Assembly (NCBI RefSeq): GCF_044704955.1
Contig: NC_091984.1
Coordinates: forward strand, 105,710,001 to 105,774,000
Origin: Pristiophorus japonicus
Taxonomy: Eukaryota
Direction: 5' to 3'
DNA length: 64,000 nucleotides
Shown here: piece after piece, positions 61,516-64,000 of the stretch
How positions within the stretch are numbered: the first letter of the stretch is position 1
Layout: each line of letters opens with the position of its first letter
The notes under the pieces: model-generated
Told to the model about the DNA's origin: nothing
Seen by the model: the letters and a program-made list of their open reading frames with translations, nothing else
The model's database searches: none
Program-made: the position numbers and the translations under genes

Positions 61516-63321
61516 ACTGTCTCTGCCTTTTCAAACTGGATTGGGTCCTCCCTCAGCAGATAATAGACAAAACTTGCAACATTTTTATTGAGCTAAATTT
61601 GCAATAAAATTGTGACTTTAAGTTCTTTTTAAACTCTATATGACAAGTAATTTAATGAAAGTAACCTCTACAAAACTAAAACAAAACATAACTGCTTCAT
61701 TTTATCACAGCATCCTTCTATAATCATATTCTGTCCATGTTTTGACAGCATGTTTTGGATGCAATTGGCACTAATTCTGCCTTTCGCTGCTTCCTAGAAC
61801 ACAATTCTATGAAAAGGAAGACAGTAGATTGCCTGATTCTCTGTTTCATTAAATAAGAGATGTGATGAGCAACTTCCATCTGGCACACAGTACCCTGTTG
61901 CCTTAATGGCCTAGATGAACTCATTGGTCACAAAAAGTCACGAATGGTCACAAAAAAAAACTATAACTAGCAAAGTATGCTATGTTTAAGCCACAGTACT
62001 TTCATTATTTAAACTGCTATGTTTTAACAAATTTCAACACTTTCTCATCTGCTTGGGCATTTAGAAAGGAAATGTCTCCTAATTACTATGGATTAATGTT
62101 GTTTTTTTAATGAATCTGTGAATAGTATAAATGGCTTCAGAGGCAACTAGAAACGTTTGTGGAGAAAGAAGGGAATGAGCAATAGCGATAGTATGGGTAG
62201 AGAGGGTTCAGATCAATCAAAAAAGGATGAGCTTGTTGGGCCCATTGGTATCTTTCAGTTCTAATATATTCACTTGGGTTTCTCAGCTTATCTAAAGGAC
62301 AGCCTTTGGGTTTTTTTAATTTCAATTATTTCCTGAGCATTTGGCCCAGTTTTCATCTGGTCTTTCAGGCCACACAAAGGTATCAACCTGCACTTAGCAA
62401 CTTCATTGGAATTTCACTGAAATTCTATACATGCCTCTCAGCCCAGCTCCCGAATCCCTGCTTTAGTTTTGTCCCATTGTGCTATATAAGAAGGCATAGA
62501 TCAGTAGACCAATAACTCTTGCAAGGAATCAAAGGACACTAGATGAATCCATAACTCCGTAACTCCTTCCCAAAGAGCCATCTGTTCTTGCCTGTCCACA
62601 GTGAGGGAAGTATCTCTCGGCAATCTGAGTGATACCTTATTGCAAAAAAATCCCATTTTGATGCAGACAGACCCATGTCAAGAACTTATAATGAGAACAT
62701 TTTAATTACTCATTAGTTGTGAAAATTCCTTTCACTTTCCATGGATTTAAATAACAATAAGAAGACAGAATAAGAATTCTAAATTTATAGATTAACTGCA
62801 ATTTAATCATTAGCAGATAACTATAGTTCTGGAGTTTGTTATCTAGTAGCTAGGAGCCAATGAAAAAGCATAAAACAAAACCTACTAACTAACCAGAGCT
62901 TCAGTCCTTACTGAAGGTGCAACATGTTAACTTTATTCTGCTATAGAAAAAATAAAGTAGTTACAGTAACACAAGGAGCGGTGATTTAAAAGAGAAAGGT
63001 GGACAAAGTAAATTCCATGCCAAACCTTGTTCCTGTGTCCATCCCTCTTCGGTTTTAGATTTGACAGATGATGGAAATCCTAAGGTTTACACATGAAATC
63101 AGTTCAAATGAAGAAAAGACACCATCAGTTACTCAAATCATCTTCCCCTCTATTGAATTATCAGCTGTTGGGCTATTAACCTAAACATATTACCAGTGAT
63201 GTAGACAGTATAAAGCAGGACAGTCCTGATATCGTGTGCTATATTAGGATGGGTTGGAGGAGTTGTAATTTATGAGGATGGGGAAGAAGGTGTAATTATA
63301 ATGATGACAAAAGTAGATTTG

Positions 63322-63720
63322 TTAAACAGATGAGAACATGCCATTGATAATTTCAGTTCCAATGACCCAGCCAACTGCCACTGAAGAGTCCTCGGGATCA
63401 CTGCCCTCCTGATGCTCTACTCCCGGTTGTTCTGCCTCCAAAGCAGGGAAGGTCACCTCTCCAGGAATTTCCATGTTCAGCCATTTGTGGATGGAAAAAT
63501 TGTGCAGGACACTGCAGGCTACAAATATGTGAGACATATGATCTGGAGCATATGGTAGAGCCCCCCCCCCACCCTCCCCACCACATCTATCCAGACAGCA
63601 GGAAGTCCCTTTAAGACCTCAATGGTTCTCCCAATGAATAACCTGGTAGAGGCATGTGCACATCTCAACTGCTGTTCTTGCAACTCTTAGAGGGATGATT
63701 ATCCATAGCAGCAGGAGTAC
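63322..63720 (-). pseudogene. Old Harbinger transposase C-terminal remnant
   Basis: SHIFVACSVLHNF resembles the ACCxLHN motif; upstream HAST...IGRTIE-like remnant. Confidence 0.6.
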
Positions 63721-63724
63721 GCTA

Positions 63725-64000
63725 GTTTGTCTTACTTCTGGTATTGGTGAATGACTAGAATCTATAATATTGAAAAATAGTACTATGCATTTGGAGAAAC
63801 TTGAATTAATCAGGGACTCCTAAGTGGCAGTTTGTACTTGATCAACCTTATAAAATTGTGTGAAGAAATAGCTGTAAGAATAGGTGGAAGGAATACAATG
63901 GATGAAGTTTATATGTATCTGCAAAAAGCATTTTAGAAGGTACTATCTAAGACATTTTGGGCAAAGGTAATGGTGCTTGGAATTAAGGTCCATGTGATTA
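63725..64000 (+). mobile_element. Old CR1 RT fragment
   Basis: Degenerate DxVYMxxQKAFxKV motif. Confidence 0.55.

Noticed and set aside
61560-63320. Possible 3'UTR or last exon of VCAM1 or another minus-strand gene (TTTATT at about 61585)
   Set aside because: No coding exon could be identified; a polyadenylation-like motif alone is insufficient.

Overview
Repeat-rich vertebrate genomic DNA, most likely from a shark or other elasmobranch. That assignment is an inference from the CR1, L2, RTE, DeuSINE, Harbinger and Gypsy repeat content. Two host genes lie head-to-head, as in mammals. SLC30A7 (ZnT7) coding exons 1-4 are on the minus strand (16648 to 5558) and the gene runs off the left edge. 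A complete four-coding-exon EXTL2 is on the plus strand (19275-30860, 326 aa). Most of the rest is nested mobile DNA: two full-length but disabled Ty3/Gypsy (Mag-like) LTR retrotransposons with 5-bp TSDs, a full-length two-gene PIF/Harbinger transposon inside a CR1 and itself carrying a CR1, a hAT non-autonomous element, a Tigger-like MITE, a Tx1-like LINE, RTE/CR1/L2 LINE fragments and SINEs. I found no convincing new protein-coding system. The best oddities are small DNA-repair or retrotransposition footprints: a 28-bp antisense copy of the EXTL2 3'UTR patched into an intronic CR1, a near-perfect 104-bp inverted duplication, an apparently homogenised LTR pair, LINEs inserted exactly into other retroelements' 3' tails, and hammerhead-ribozyme cores in palindromic Penelope-like repeats. 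Repeat boundaries without TSDs are approximate, and family names come from recall, not database searches.
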